DNA of 64,000 nucleotides from Octopus bimaculoides (GCF_001194135.2 NC_068998.1:29201806-29265805), one strand, 5' to 3'; counted from the stretch's first letter, positions 51,401 to 61,763 are shown. A program made the numbers and translations. Notes: generated by a model from the sequence alone, not told the origin.

Positions 51401-53393
51401 TTGATGTTAAAAGCATCACTTTGCTTTCACCAAAGTTTTCAAGGGCAGGATTTAATTTTTGTGAAGTGGAAGAGAAGCTCTCAGAAACCACACTGATTAC
51501 TAAGAAAGGAAATAGATTTAAGGATGAAGGTACAGTCAGGTTAAAAAAAAAAAAAAAGATTTCAGGCCTGAGACTGAAGAGGTTTCTAATACAGAAACAC
51601 ATATTCCAAAAACAGACTACACTAAGTTTTATATGGAATTGTAAATTTCTAGACAATGTGGAGAGAAGAGTGTGATAGGGTTGGTAATCAAATGTAATAG
51701 ACCTATATAGTACATGATAATGTTGGCAGATTCATTAATGGAAACTGTCTGGAAAGTATAAATTTAAAAGCATAAACATCAGGCCCTAAAACGTCCCTTG
51801 CAATTTCAATATCTAATGTATCCATACATAAGAAAATAGGAACCCAGACATTGTTATTGTGTATAACAATGCAAGACTATGATAAATCCTTAACAATGTA
51901 GATAATGCAACTGAATACAAGAAAACATTGAGGATGATCAGAGTTTCCTGAATAAAATTGAAACTAATAAAGAAAGACTTGTAATTTTAGTAGTCAAGGA
52001 ATGTTCCACACTAGATTTGATAAGATTAAGGTCATTACTATCATTGTAGTTGGCACTATCATCATCATTTTTATGTCTGCTTTTTTTCATGCTTTCATGG
52101 ATTGGATAAAATTTCTTGAGGAGTATTTTTTGGCCAGAAGCCCTTCCAGATACTTGTTTTCAAGACATCAGGTCAAGCCTGTTCTGATTTGTTCATCCTG
52201 ATCATACCAGCATTATAATCCACCACTTAGGAGATTAGGAAAGTATCCTGTGAAGGTTTTTTGCTGAACAGCCAACCTATTGGCAGATGAGTTGAAAAGA
52301 GTTCCTGGCATAGAGACAGTCACTGAATGAATGACTATTTTCAAATAAGGTATTTTATTCCTCTGGTCTTTACATACTAAGTTATAGGACATATTGTTTA
52401 TGCAGGACATAAACAAATGTCACCATTGCCCAAGAGATATCAATTGTGAAGACATGCACATACAAGCACATAAACACAACAGTTTCTGTACAGTTTTTGG
52501 CTACCATAAATCACTCATGCAGCATTGGTTAAATAAAGTCTATGAGAAGACAGCTGCCCAAGGTGCCATGAAGAGGGATCAAACTTAAAAGCATGTAGAT
52601 ATGAAGTGAACTTCTTAACTACATAGCCATGCCAAGACCATTATTTCTAATTAGTAGCATTGTTACAAAAATGTCTAATATTGAGAAAAATGTTAGGGGT
52701 TTACTTTGGTAAATTAAATCAATTTATAATATATTAGCACCAAAAATTACTAGTTGCAATTTTCTCCCAATCAAACACTCTCCAGCATAACATAAAAACA
52801 AGAAAAGGAAATTATAAAATAGAATAATAATGTTAATTATTTATTACTCAGAAATGAAGTTGCAGACTTAGAAATCCACCTTCAACACACACACATAGAT
52901 CACCAAAAGGTGAGCCATCAGTGGAACCTCTACATAGTTGCTCGGCTTAAAAATATACCAACCAAATCTCCATTAAATCACACCCTATTGTATTAAGAAG
53001 GGAAAAACATAATAATGTATTCTTAGATACATTATGTCAAGATAAAATGGAGAAGACAGCAGGTGTATCTTTGATTACTGGTCTTAAGGATCAAGGCTGA
53101 TCTGGGGTTCAACAAACATACTCACAAATCTTCAACTAGTGACTGCACACTATAGCATAGCAAACTTAAGTGTGTATGATTGATGGGAAAGTAAGTCTAA
53201 AGATAATAGTAGAGGGTGAGAAACATCTCTATTTATAAATTCTCCAAAATCTTAGAAGATACTCTGAGACAATAAAGGAGATATTACAGCAAGTTGACTC
53301 ACCGAAAATCACTTGGATCAAGTCGTATTGCTTCTGTGAAAAGATCTATAGCAGCGGCATAATGACCCATTTGTGCCATTTCATTACCTCGAA
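11275..53393 (-). CDS. TTC31: Partial multi-exon gene (8 internal exons): TTC31-like TPR + UBA-like + RRM protein; 5' and 3' exons not found in the window
   Basis: All 8 exons have AG acceptors and GT donors, and their phases join (1/2, 2/2, 2/0, 0/0, 0/1, 1/2, 2/2, 2/0) into an uninterrupted frame: RGNEMAQMGHYAAAIDLFTEAIRLDPSDFRFFGNRSYCYERIQQYDKALKDAEKSISISSNWPKGFFRKGRALAGQKQYSKAEEAFLQVIRLDKNCEDARQELLKVQMHQLAEMGFTKLQAEAAITQYGTVQTALDSLLAGIVADNLNNGLGSEKEFSINNMNHITINSSCSSPMDTKMDPANPEGLTALWVGNVLPEVSEKKLNQLFSRYGPLSSVRCLPDRFCAFINFKTKESAGKAMNSLQ. The TPR block resembles TTC31 as I recall it (DxRxFGNRSxCxER); the symbol is by recognition, not by a search. Confidence 0.88.
12975..14240 (+). mobile_element. 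Degraded RTE-clade LINE, RT region
   Basis: MQFDYVSGKSATNAIFTVRQLQEKYLAKNKPLYLAFIDLEKAFDRVP, VGIHQGSVLSPLLF, HADDL and a Cys-rich CTQCKLWTHKKCSG segment; frameshifts. Confidence 0.88.
15279..15368 (-). CDS. Exon G (90 nt), RRM N-terminal half with RNP2 LWVGNV: PANPEGLTALWVGNVLPEVSEKKLNQLFS(R)
   Basis: Acceptor gttatttatag|C; donor AG|gtaagt; symmetric phase 2/2. Confidence 0.92.
15640..16000 (+). mobile_element. Older RTE-like LINE RT fragment
   Basis: LSINYSKTKI, YLGS and LKVHLFHAIVESVLFYG. Confidence 0.6.
16700..17870 (-). mobile_element. Degraded RTE-clade LINE (RT to 3' tail)
   Basis: LLYADDLAL, HSFCYLGDQISNGGGYSESIVSRIRIGWRKFRELL, HGSETWALNVEDKCRLERNE, RRLCWFGHV; (CAT)n tail near 16705-16720. 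Confidence 0.88.
18725..19610 (+). mobile_element. Tx1/L1-like LINE 3' end (zf-RVT region, 3' UTR, AATAAA and (TAT)n tail)
   Basis: LPVQDKLYRHGS...ETVLYALVQCSSITDLWNYVEQLLSHVG...FLKFHLKKNVKIKRDVL..KFIEKWMNV; caataaag at ~19589 followed by tattattatt. Confidence 0.7.
19645..19860 (+). mobile_element. Short SINE-like repeat (family also at 23270-23490, 31630-31780, 40490-40640, 42240-42432, 53520-53700)
   Basis: gctggcagaattgttagca...gcaaaatgcttag.ggcattt...gagttcaaattccgcc.aggtcaactttgcctttcatc recurs in both orientations. Confidence 0.7.
23076..23153. repeat. 20-bp inverted repeat enclosing (CCTAAC)n telomeric-type repeats
   Basis: agattaacacccgcacgatt (23076-23095) and aatcgtgcgggtattaatct (23134-23153) match at 19/20; the loop contains cctaaccctaaccctaaccctaac. 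Confidence 0.85.
23798..25284 (+). mobile_element. Probable non-autonomous Helitron (interrupted by a 740-N gap)
   Basis: 5' A|TCTTAATATATAATGCTGAAG; 3' hairpin acccgg-acaacg-tcgggt (25256-25273) followed by CTAG|T; inserted between A and T. Linkage of the two ends across the gap is assumed. Confidence 0.6.
26536..26647 (-). CDS. Exon F (112 nt), N/S-rich linker: ADNLNNGLGSEKEFSINNMNHITINSSCSSPMDTKM(D)
   Basis: Acceptor cacttttcattttag|TG; donor GA|gtaagt; open frame, and its phase 1/2 is exactly what is needed to join exons E and G. Confidence 0.85.
28310..28875. mobile_element. Tc1/mariner transposase 3' fragments (WFQQDG / DFFLWG type, rosa/DD41D-like) arranged as an inverted duplication
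   Basis: Plus strand DLTSLDFFLWGYLKERVYVNKPETLVQLKENINREIREVG (28675-28870); the minus-strand copy at 28320-28640 also includes WFQQDG.TAHTTRETMQLLRQ. Confidence 0.82.
30100..30335 (-). mobile_element. Penelope-like GIY-YIG C-terminal fragment
   Basis: EGLYKKHLQSNTISF...KWRLLEKCKPYFNGCRMCRLYIVEK; homologous in pattern to 6318-6535. Confidence 0.65.
31264..31354 (-). CDS. Exon E (91 nt), UBA-like: EMGFTKLQAEAAITQYGTVQTALDSLLAGI(V)
   Basis: Acceptor ttttgcaatgttccag|GAA; donor G|gtaaat; MGF loop and A..AL..LL helix typical of UBA domains. Confidence 0.9.
32620..33000 (-). mobile_element. RTE-like LINE fragment upstream of the RT core
   Basis: EEVPPIMVSKIENIPKLMETNKAPRKYSMTVEMLRYGGEGLWKTLVLCFNLYLKKG (KAPG.D...EML..GG motif). 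Confidence 0.65.
33003..33042 (+). ncRNA. Minimal type I hammerhead ribozyme-like motif, one change from the consensus core
   Basis: ggc-cATGACGA-aggg(aaatag)ccct-GAAA-ctcgag-TC-gcc: helix II 4 bp, palindromic helix III, GUC at 33037-33039, helix I ggc/gcc. Confidence 0.65.
35160..35494 (-). mobile_element. Mariner (mellifera-like) transposon 5' end: TIR plus transposase N-terminal HTH, running into a gap
   Basis: TA|TTGGGTTGTCCGGAAAGTTCGTGCTGATTT TIR; ATG at 35315: MEDKKVHFRHLMLFFFRKGKNASQATKEICAVYGDVSLSERTVRKWFARFR; no stop before the gap. Confidence 0.85.
37159..37263 (-). CDS. Exon D (105 nt), TPR3/capping helix: QYSKAEEAFLQVIRLDKNCEDARQELLKVQMHQLA
   Basis: Acceptor attattgtag|CAA; donor GCT|gtaagt; phase 0/0; absent from the ORF track because it has no ATG. 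Confidence 0.92.
37835..38500 (-). mobile_element. Old RTE LINE RT fragment
   Basis: KWPSTVCRKVGVNS...WTHQKYS (Cys-rich insert of this family) and LKLEQLMPILLYGSLKI; rich in stop codons. Confidence 0.55.
39215..39305 (-). CDS. Exon C (91 nt), TPR2/3: ALKDAEKSISISSNWPKGFFRKGRALAGQK
   Basis: Acceptor gatttctag|A; donor AAA|gtgagt; TPR motif AL.DA...I.....W.KG..R.G.AL. Confidence 0.93.
39950..40400 (-). mobile_element. RTE LINE AP-endonuclease fragment
   Basis: QIIKLRLISGKMIATVIS..., NENGSRIMEVSGANNLTICYNNFKK. Confidence 0.6.
41340..41620 (+). mobile_element. RTE LINE ORF C-terminus
   Basis: AGWKRPCGRPYTRWLDVIGEDLQRLNITLEDVEGLAQN..WRAVV. Confidence 0.7.
41858..42215. repeat. Decayed ~20-nt minisatellite (consensus approximately gttgaagactaacttatta)
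   Basis: Repeated ttgaagactaa/ttgaaaactaac/gatgactaac/tagaagactaac at ~20-nt spacing. Confidence 0.7.
42690..43645 (-). mobile_element. Degraded RTE LINE RT fragment
   Basis: LAKSNPPYPAFVDLEK..., LRKLGVHEWL, ENFNGAIISVGSKNLSL. Confidence 0.6.
44264..44314 (-). CDS. Exon B (51 nt), TPR2 start: FFGNRSYCYERIQQYD(K)
   Basis: Acceptor tttttctttctccag|A; donor AA|gtaagt; phase matches exons A and C; TPR NRS motif. Confidence 0.92.
44643..45040 (+). mobile_element. Full-length tRNA-derived SINE
   Basis: A-box-like tggttgtgtgg, B-box-like ggttcattcc (44692-44701), central ccttgggcaagtgtcttctactatagc, internal (TG)n, 3' end aaatgactgaaacaagtaaaaagagagta. Confidence 0.8.
46050..48790 (-). mobile_element. 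Long degraded RTE LINE (endonuclease to RT C-terminus)
   Basis: TMKGRSNKIVKLLEWRCVDLCCIQEIRW (EN start), GDFNFMVG, LLNVENAWEKKDLPNVDPTKGPAILI, VQVGVHQVLFLSSLL; many stops and deletions. Confidence 0.82.
49040..49510 (+). mobile_element. Old RTE LINE 3' fragment
   Basis: Similar to 4150-4500 and 14000-14230 (..agtgaaacatgggccttga..., ...gcaagaaagaaaactgcactggtctgaacatgt). Confidence 0.55.
51120..51680 (+). mobile_element. Very old Tx1/L1-like LINE 3' fragment
   Basis: Weak peptide resemblance to the 18.7-19.35 kb element (C.DIVNYF...; KISGLRLKRFL..H.FQK). Confidence 0.35.
53303..53393 (-). CDS. Exon A (91 nt), TPR1: (V)RGNEMAQMGHYAAAIDLFTEAIRLDPSDF(R)
   Basis: Acceptor ttttcctgcag|TT; donor CG|gtgagt; TPR helix pattern GN..A..G.Y..A..LFTEAI.LDP. 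Confidence 0.93.
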
Positions 53394-53411
53394 CTGCAGG
53401 AAAAGATAAAT

Positions 53412-53457
<46 letters not shown>

Positions 53458-54109
53458 GATGATGATCATGATGATGGCAATAATAACAATGAATTCTTAG
53501 TCTGACACAAGGCTATACATTTTAAGGGAGGGATCAATTAATTACAATGAAACCCACTCCCTTAGTAACTGCCTGGTACTTATTTTGTTGATTCATGAAG
53601 GAAGAAAAATAAAGTCAATTGGGGTGGGATTGGAATTCAGAATGTACAGGGAGTTCTTTAAATGCTGCAAGATGTTTAATCCACTACTCTACTAATTCTC
53701 TCAAATAACCACCATCACTACTATCACAGCAACAACAACAACAATAGTGGCTTCTTTGAGGTTTATATCATAATTTTTGCTGAATTTACCTTAAGGACTC
53801 CCAATTATGGGTTTTGCTTCCATGCCTAGAATTTTATCTCTTACTACAGATTCATCTGTAAGAACTAGATCACCAATGCATAAGCATGGGCAGATGGTTT
53901 TACCCTTTTTGATATCAACCCTTCAGAGACTGTCCCTGGCTCAGTAGTACAAATGTCTTGTTTCTGAAAGTTCTGAATTAAATTCTTCCATCAAAATTTA
54001 GTGTTAATTTATGTTCCTAACACCAGCTTCATAATAACAAAGTTTTGTTGTGTCTAGGGAGAGTTATAATGCCAATATAAATTAAAATAAACACATGCAA
54101 TTAATCAGT

Positions 54110-55287
54110 TGTTAGTTTTCTGTCAGAGTCCTTCTGACGCTATTCATGACCTCATCAATGATATACCCTCAGTCCTCAAAGTCAGCTTTGAGTCCGTCTG
54201 AGAACTAGTGTGTGTGTATGCATATGTATGTACATACATATCTGTATGTATAGATGTGTGAGTGTTTACTTGTGTAAGTGCATTCTGGTATATTGTGTGC
54301 ATTCTGGTGTGTATGTGCATATGTGCATTATGTGTGTGTAGCTGGTTATTTTTTTGAATAGGTAAGTGCATGTATATTTGCATTTGTGCATTCTTATATA
54401 TGTGTATGTGTGTGTACTTTTTCACATATGATTGTGTGAGGGATAGCCCATTGTCTTTTATAATAGGTAACCATCTATGTGTATATGTTCCTGCATGTGT
54501 GTGTACATATGTGTGCAAGGATGTTTGTGGTTGTGTTCTTGTGTGTGTTTTCAAGTGTGTATGTGTGTGCATGGATGTGTATGGTTGCATACTGGAATTG
54601 TTTATAATCTATGAACTGTGCATCATGTTGTCATTGTAGTTCCACCCTATATATGCCTACCTATACCCACACATACCCTCCCATCCGCACAGATGTACAC
54701 ACACCCACACTGCATGTGTGCTGCATGGGTAATGGTAGTGGTATTGTGGTTGTATTATTTACTAAGTATATTTTCTATTTACTGTTGGCATTGTCTCACT
54801 TATGAGAACAGACTCATGCATCTGTTTTAGCATTGAATCACTCAGACTAATTTGATCCAGCATACTACTATGTTGATCTCTGCCATGTTGGTAAAACTAA
54901 ATAGAAAATATACACATTAAATAATAGAACCACAACACCACTACCACTACCCATGCAACACATATGCAATGTAGGTGTGGGTACATCCGTGTGGTTGGGA
55001 GGGCATGGTGTGGATATATGTAGGCATATATAGACATATTAGAATGACAGCAGGCTACAAAGAAATCCATAAAGATAAATACATGTAATTATTAACAAGT
55101 CCAGTACACAACCACACATGCAACCACATACACACATCCATGCATGCATGCAGGTGCACACGCATGAGCACACACACACACACACACATGAAAACATACA
55201 CACAGATGATGACCTATTCAAAAACCTACTGACTACACCACATTCACACACACAACAGAATGCACACACAAGTAAACACTTATGCAC

Positions 55288-55325
<38 letters not shown>

Positions 55326-55610
55326 GACTAGTTCTCAGACAGACTCAAAGGAGACCTTGAAAAGTGAGAGTATGCCATTGATGAGGTTGTGAATAGCAAC
55401 GAAAGGACTTTGACAGAGAAAACTAACAACCAACTGATTGTTAAATCAACACATTAAACAAACCACTGGATAGTTAGTTGGTAAAATGAAGAAATGGTAT
55501 TGAACCAGTGTGTGTGTGTATATTTTAATTGTTATTGGTATAATGACCCTCCCAAGACACAAGATCTGTTTCAACACAGGAATTCACATCAAGAATCATG
55601 CAAACCAAAT
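54110..55610. repeat. Head-to-head inverted pair of the (CA)-rich dispersed element, forming a long imperfect inverted repeat
   Basis: The innermost arms 54640-54780 and 54898-55030 are clearly complementary; matching blocks continue outwards (tccagta.gcaacc; cctattcaaaaa; ctagttctcagac.gactcaaag; ttgatgagg..tgaatagc). Confidence 0.8.
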
Positions 55611-57984
55611 ACAGAAATGAAGTAAAATAACAAAGTTATTTTATTAAATTCTTCATTACATTTAAAAATCAGTTGAAGTAAACACAAAGTATCTCAAAAG
55701 AAATATGGTAACAAAAGAGTTAAACCCCTCTGTGACAGTTTGTAAGACAATAATGAATGAGAGGGAGCTGTGAACTGAATCTTGGTGAACACCTCTCTTC
55801 ACACTAAATTCATCACTGAAATTGTTGTTGACTCTCACTTTACTTACAGCAACCTTGTACATAGATTATTGTGCTATAACTCTCTCCGTGACCATCATAA
55901 CCTGGTCCAGCAATAAGATATCTTAATAATTCCCTCTCTCCAAAACATCTCCTTTGCCCTTGGAGCTATGCCAGTCATTGGATTTGACATTATTCTATAT
56001 TACTTGATTAACTATTCAAGTAAAATAAAAATCCTCTAAGACCATGGAGTACTAGGTTTGCATCTAGCAAGGTAAAGGCGGCTGTATCATAAGGAGGAGG
56101 ACCTCTTTAGCCTTGGTTGAAATCTTCACAGAGATGGTGTATTAAAGAAAAAAACTGGTATTAATGCCAACTTCAAACATACTGTAAGACCATCAAGTAC
56201 TGAGTTGGTATCCAGCAGGGTTAAGTCTGTCACATGAGAGGAGGAGAGATTCTTCAGTCATGGTTGTCAACCCTCCAAGAGATGGTATTTCAATGAAAGC
56301 ACTAGTAACTGTGTCCTTTATTACCACTAATTTCCATAACTAGAGTTTAACAATAAACTAGACAACTTTAAAGAAGTAAATGAGAGTGGAAACTCAAGTG
56401 AAACTGTCACATCCAGTCAGTGTATTGTGTTAGAGCAGGCAGTACTTGGTTACATTTGCTTGAAGGAGGATTTATGGTAAGTGAAGATGAAATGAGGAGA
56501 TTTATACAATTTTGATGGAATGAGCTATAAGTGAATAAGATAAAGGTGTTGGTGGTAGCATACCCACAAACAGGAAAAACAAAAGTGTGTTAGAGTTGAC
56601 ATAAAATAGAGTAATGAAACAAGCACACAAGATCCAAGGCAAAGGTTGAAATAAAAAAGAATCACCAGGTATTGAGGAAAGAGTAAATGAAAACATGTAC
56701 TTGATGTACAAATACCTGTATATCAAAATATATATTAATATGAGTGCATCTCAGCCTATGAATGTGTGTCATTTTTTTGTGTGTATATCTAAATGGCTCT
56801 CAAACTATTATTAAATTCATAAATGTATACTTGTAGATCACTTTTACCTTTACATGCAGATGTAAAGAAGTAGATAAATGTCAGTCATTTTATATAGATA
56901 TTCATAGCCCTCATCATCATCATCGTTTAGCATCCACATTCCATGCTAGCATGGGTGGGACAGTTTCACAAGAGCTGGCCAGGCAGAAGCTTGCACCAGA
57001 CTTCCGTGACTGTTTTGGCAGGATTTTTACAGCTGGATGCCCTTCCTAACACCAACCACTTTACATTATGGACTGGGTGCTTTCAAGTGGCACCTGCACT
57101 GACAGGGTCACCAAGTACTTGCAAGACAAAAAAAAATTTTCAAGTGGGGAGGAGGCATTGGAGGAAGTGATCTTGTGTTGGATGAAAGGTTATAGTGAGA
57201 TAGAAACAGGTGTTTTGCAATAGGAAATACACGGTTACCCAACCTGAGGGAAGTGCAGGAGAAGGAGAGAAAGGAGTGGGAGACAGCAGGATAGAGATGG
57301 TGGCAAAATGCTGGACATACTCACAAGGAACAGGGATCAGAATATAAATGGGATGGTTGAGTAAAGAGAGAGAGTTACAGATGGTGGCAAGTGCCAGGGC
57401 ATACCCTTGAGGTTCCAACACCATAATATAAGTTGCAGGTTATTGCGAAAGAAGTGTAATTAAAGAGTACAAGTAGGTGGTGAAAAACTTGCGCATATAT
57501 AGAGTCAGTGGGGTACTAACAGATAGCAATGATACAGAGGAACAGGGCTGTAAGGGCAAGATTGGGGAGTGAAAGCTAGGCATAGTGTATGAAGGAGGAA
57601 ATGTGAGATAGAGATGTGGAGGTGTAGATTGCTTTGTTGGGGTAAGGAGGGAAAAGTTTTCTTGTTACATGTGGGTGGAACACACAGGTCAGGGGCTAGC
57701 AAATAGCAATAATACAGTGAGACAGGGCATGTGAGTAGAATACACAGGTTGGGGGGCAAGCAGAGAGTAATGATACAGTGGCACAGGGCCAAGAGGTCCG
57801 GATTAGGGAGTAGGAGGTAAGCATAGTGCATGAAGTGGAAATGTGAGGAAGAGAAGAGATGTAGTTTGGTTTGTTGTGGTAGAGCGTGCGAAAAGTTTTC
57901 TTGTTAAGTGTGGGTGGGACACACAATGCTTCTAGAAAACTTTTACTGACGTGAGTAGGTATTCTCAAGAACTTCATTTCTCCA

Positions 57985-58810
57985 GACATCTCGGTCCATT
58001 GTCATTTCCTCCATGAGGTCCAATTTCCTGAGATTGGTCCTTACCACTTCATCCCATGTCTTCCTGGGTCTCCCTCTTCCGCAGGTACTATCCACTTTCA
58101 GTGATCAGCACTTCTCTCACTCTGAGAGAGAGTCCTTTTGTTGCCAACAGAGGTAAAAGTTCTCTGAACTTCCTCCACCCAATTCTTATTCTAAAATCAA
58201 TACTCTCAGAGCATCTTCCATCATTGCTAATTTGATCACCTAGAAAGCAGAAACTATCTACAACCTCAAGAGAGCCTCCTAGGCATTTGAGAGAATCTAA
58301 ATTCCATGTGCTCTTAGTGTTTATTGTTCCTGCACATCTGCCACATACGAAGACAACTTTATCTGTGATTCCACTGCACCTCTTATGTGTCCATAGTTTA
58401 CACTGGGTTCATCAAATAGAATTTCTTCCAACTCCTTTCGTACATACCGAGCAGTGCCATTTACCTGACAGAAGGAGAGTTTTATCTTCTTTCTTACTAA
58501 CAACTACTTTAATCTTAGCTTTAATCTTAGGTTAACTTTAAGGAGCTTTGATTCCAGGTTCTGTTTCCATACCTGGAATTTCTTCTCCAATTCTGCTAAA
58601 GATTCTACAATAAGAACAAGGTCATCAGCATATAGCAGTTCCCATGGGCACCCAGTTTTGAATTCCTCCGTTATGGCCTGGAGAATTATAATGAATAAGA
58701 GTGGGCTGAGAACTGAGCCTTGGTGAACTCCTACCTCAATGCTAAATTCATCACTGTATTCATGGCCGACTCTCACCTTGCTGACAACACCATTGTACAT
58801 GGCTTGTGAG
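57985..58810 (-). mobile_element. RTE LINE RT core with an internal deletion
   Basis: MYNGVVSKVRVGHEYSDEFSIEVGVHQGSVLSPLLFIIILQAITEEFKTGCPWELLYADDLVLIVESLAELEKKFQVWKQ. Confidence 0.88.
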
Positions 58811-59070
58811 TGATTCCACTCATGGGCTTGTATATAGGGATATGCATCTATTATGCTTCTAGATATATAATTATTACCATAATGTCTATATCACAATAAA
58901 CTCGTGTGCATGTGTAGTAAGAAGTTTGTTTCCCATGCACATGGTAGCTTGGGCAAATGTCTTGTAATATAGCTCCAGGCCAATGAAAGCCTTGTGAGTG
59001 AATTTGACAGACAGAAACTGCAAGAAGCCCATTGTATATATGAGAGGGTGCTGAAAAGTTCCTGACTCTG

Positions 59071-59420
59071 TGTTATAATGTGAATCCTCATCCACTTTTA
59101 TGTTATTGTCAGCACTGTAATATTCTTGTCGCCACTATTATGTTGTGGTGGTATTCCATGTCTTATTATCTTTAACTCATCTATTGTGCTATCGCTGATA
59201 GCTCTACAAGACAATGACCTTGAAAAGTCTAACTTGACAGTAACTCAAACACATATATATCATGTAACTGACACTGACTCCAACTGACACTGACTCCAAC
59301 TGACAACTCATACAATGACTCTACTACTACTGACTTGCTATGACTGACTGTCTGACTTTATAGTGGATGATTCATACCACTTTGTCACATGGGAAGGGGT
59401 GTACCATTTCCACTATAACA
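59071..59420 (-). repeat. 3' LTR of the Gypsy element (350 bp)
   Basis: TG...CA ends; homologous to 61436-61763; carries an extra tandem copy of actgacactgactcca. Confidence 0.9.
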
Positions 59421-61435
59421 TCTCCTCTTTTAGTCTTTTTTTTTCTTTGAGAAGCAAATAATTTTATTTTACTTTATTCACCCTTCCTCCCATTTTCTGG
59501 GGTTTTTTCCAACTTAATATTTTTTCGTTTTAGCTTCAATTTGTAGGAACTCTGTGTTCTTCCTTTTCCTTCAACTTGTATGCGTGGATTTAACGACCTG
59601 TAACGGTGTTGGTACCTGGAATGTGTCATACAGCCATTCTATAGGTTCTTCTAATCTGTTTGGTTCATTTTCTATGAATCTCTTCTTCAATTAGTTGCTG
59701 TGTCTTTTTTCAATACCTTTTCTGCTTTTAATTCCACACATCATTTTGCCTATATACTTTGTAATTTTGCCTTCTTCCCAGTATTGTTTTCCATTTTTAT
59801 ATAACCTCATGTACACCTTATCACCAATTTTGAAAAATTTTGCATTGTTTTTCCTGATACTTTTTCTTTCCTCACCAAGTAACAGTTTATCCAAAACTGA
59901 TTTCACCTTCCTTGTGAACATCAGTTCTGCTGGTGAGCTTCATGATGGTGTATTTGGGTTCAGTGTCACCCTGTAAACCCTTAAGAGTAACTTCATCTGT
60001 GACTTAATTGTTTGCTTTTCTCAAAGCTCTTTTCAAAATGTCCACAAAACGTTCTGCCTGTCCATTTGATCTGAGGTGGTAAAACACTATCGTTTTATGT
60101 TCTACCACAAATATTTCGCAGAATTTTCTAAATTCATGGGACACAAATTGTGTCCCATTATCAGATACACTCATGTCTGAGATGCCAAATCTTGCGAATA
60201 ATTCATGCAAAAAATTTACTCATTCGGAGGAGTGTCTTTTGCACTTAACAATTTCAAGCCATTTTGTAAAACTGTCAACTACTACTAAGTAGTGATAACC
60301 ATTTAATGGATCCACAAAATCGATATGTAGTCTTGAGCATGAACTTCTTACTTCTGGCCAAGGCCCCCATTTTTGAGTAGGCAATTTCACAGCCAGGGCA
60401 CATCCTCTGCAGCCTTTTACTACGTTTTCAACTTCCTTGTCCATCTTCGGCCAATTCACATAACTGTGCATAAGCACTTTCATCTTTGCGCTCCCCAGAT
60501 GTCCAATATGAAATTCTTTCAACATTCTTTTTTGCAAAGTCTCAGGTATCACTAACCTTGGCTATACATTAGTACGCCATCGCATTCTTGTTTCTTGTAT
60601 GTATTGGATTCCTTTCTAGGATCCATAATTTGTTAGCAACAGGTGATGGTCTGTTTGTAGTCTAAACCATCATACCATGTATAAACCTGTGGAACTTTTT
60701 TATGCCAAATATAATCGCCAATGCCTCTTTTTCAATTTGGCAATAGCGTCCTTGATGCATGAGCTATGGCCTTTTGGCTGCCTTCTTCCGATTTGTGTAG
60801 GATAGGAATACTGTACCTACCCCATACTCACTAGCATTGGTTGCCAGTATCGTTTCCAACTCCGGATTGAAGTGTGTAAGTGACAAGTCTGAAGTTAACA
60901 TGCTTTTTAGTTCCTCAAATGCCTTCTGGCATTTTTCTGACCAAAACCATCTGACATCCTTTTTTAACAGCTCATTTAGTGGAGCCCTTGTGTTGTGTAT
61001 GTTTGGGATATATACTTGATAGTAATTTACGAAGCCTAAAAATGCTTGTAACAATTTGACGTTCGTTGGGGGAGGCATATTCCATATTGCCGTCGTCCTT
61101 GATGGGTCTGGCCTTCGTCCCTTTTCATCAATTTCTTGATCCAAATATTTGATTTTTTTCGTCAAAAATTATTTTTTGATACATGGTCTGGCAAAAATGT
61201 ATTTTCCAGTTTTGTTACCAACTTCATTAGGTGTAGCATTTGTTGTTGTTCTTGTTCTTTGAGTTGTTGTTGCAGTTTTTGCAACTCAACTAGACTCTCT
61301 AACAAGTTTTCCAGAATTTTACAGATTTTTTGTAAAATATGTACAACGTTTGTTACTCCTCTGCTGAGTTTTTAATTTTTCTATGAAAAATTTTTAAAAG
61401 TCATCCAAGTGAATTGTTTATGTGCTCATTGCCAC

Positions 61436-61763
61436 TGTTATAATGTGGATTCTTATCCACTTTTATGTTATTGTTGGCACTGTAATATTCTTGTCAGCAC
61501 TATTATGTTGTGGTGATATTCCATGTCTTATTATCTTTGACTCGTCTCTCGTGCTATCGCTGATAGCTCTACAAGACAATGACTTATCTACCTTGACTGT
61601 AACTCGAACTCGTATATGTCACATAACTGACACTGACTCCAACTGAGAACTCGTATGATTCTACTACTACTGACTTGTTGCAACGACTGACTGTCTGACT
61701 TTATAGTGGCTGATTCATACTACTTTGTCACGTGGGAAGGGGAGTACCATTTTCACTACAACA
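61436..61763 (-). repeat. 5' LTR of the Gypsy element (328 bp)
   Basis: TG...CA ends; followed on the minus strand by gTGGCAATGAGCA, a decayed form of the tRNA-Ser(GCU)-type PBS TGGCGACGAGG. Confidence 0.9.

Larger units (their letters stand above)
59071..61763 (-). mobile_element. Internally deleted Ty3/Gypsy (K02A2.6-like) LTR retrotransposon, 2.7 kb
   Basis: LTRs TGTTATA...AACA at 59071-59420 and 61436-61763; TSD ctctg/ctgtg; PPT next to 59421; PBS-like TGGCAATGAG next to 61435; RT connection (GRRPDPSRTTAIWNMPPPTNVKLLQAFLGFVNYY), RNase H (NASEYGVG), integrase Zn finger (H..H.G...CRGC) and core (LHIDF; SDNGTQF; SNGQAERFV); stops and frameshifts. Confidence 0.92.
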
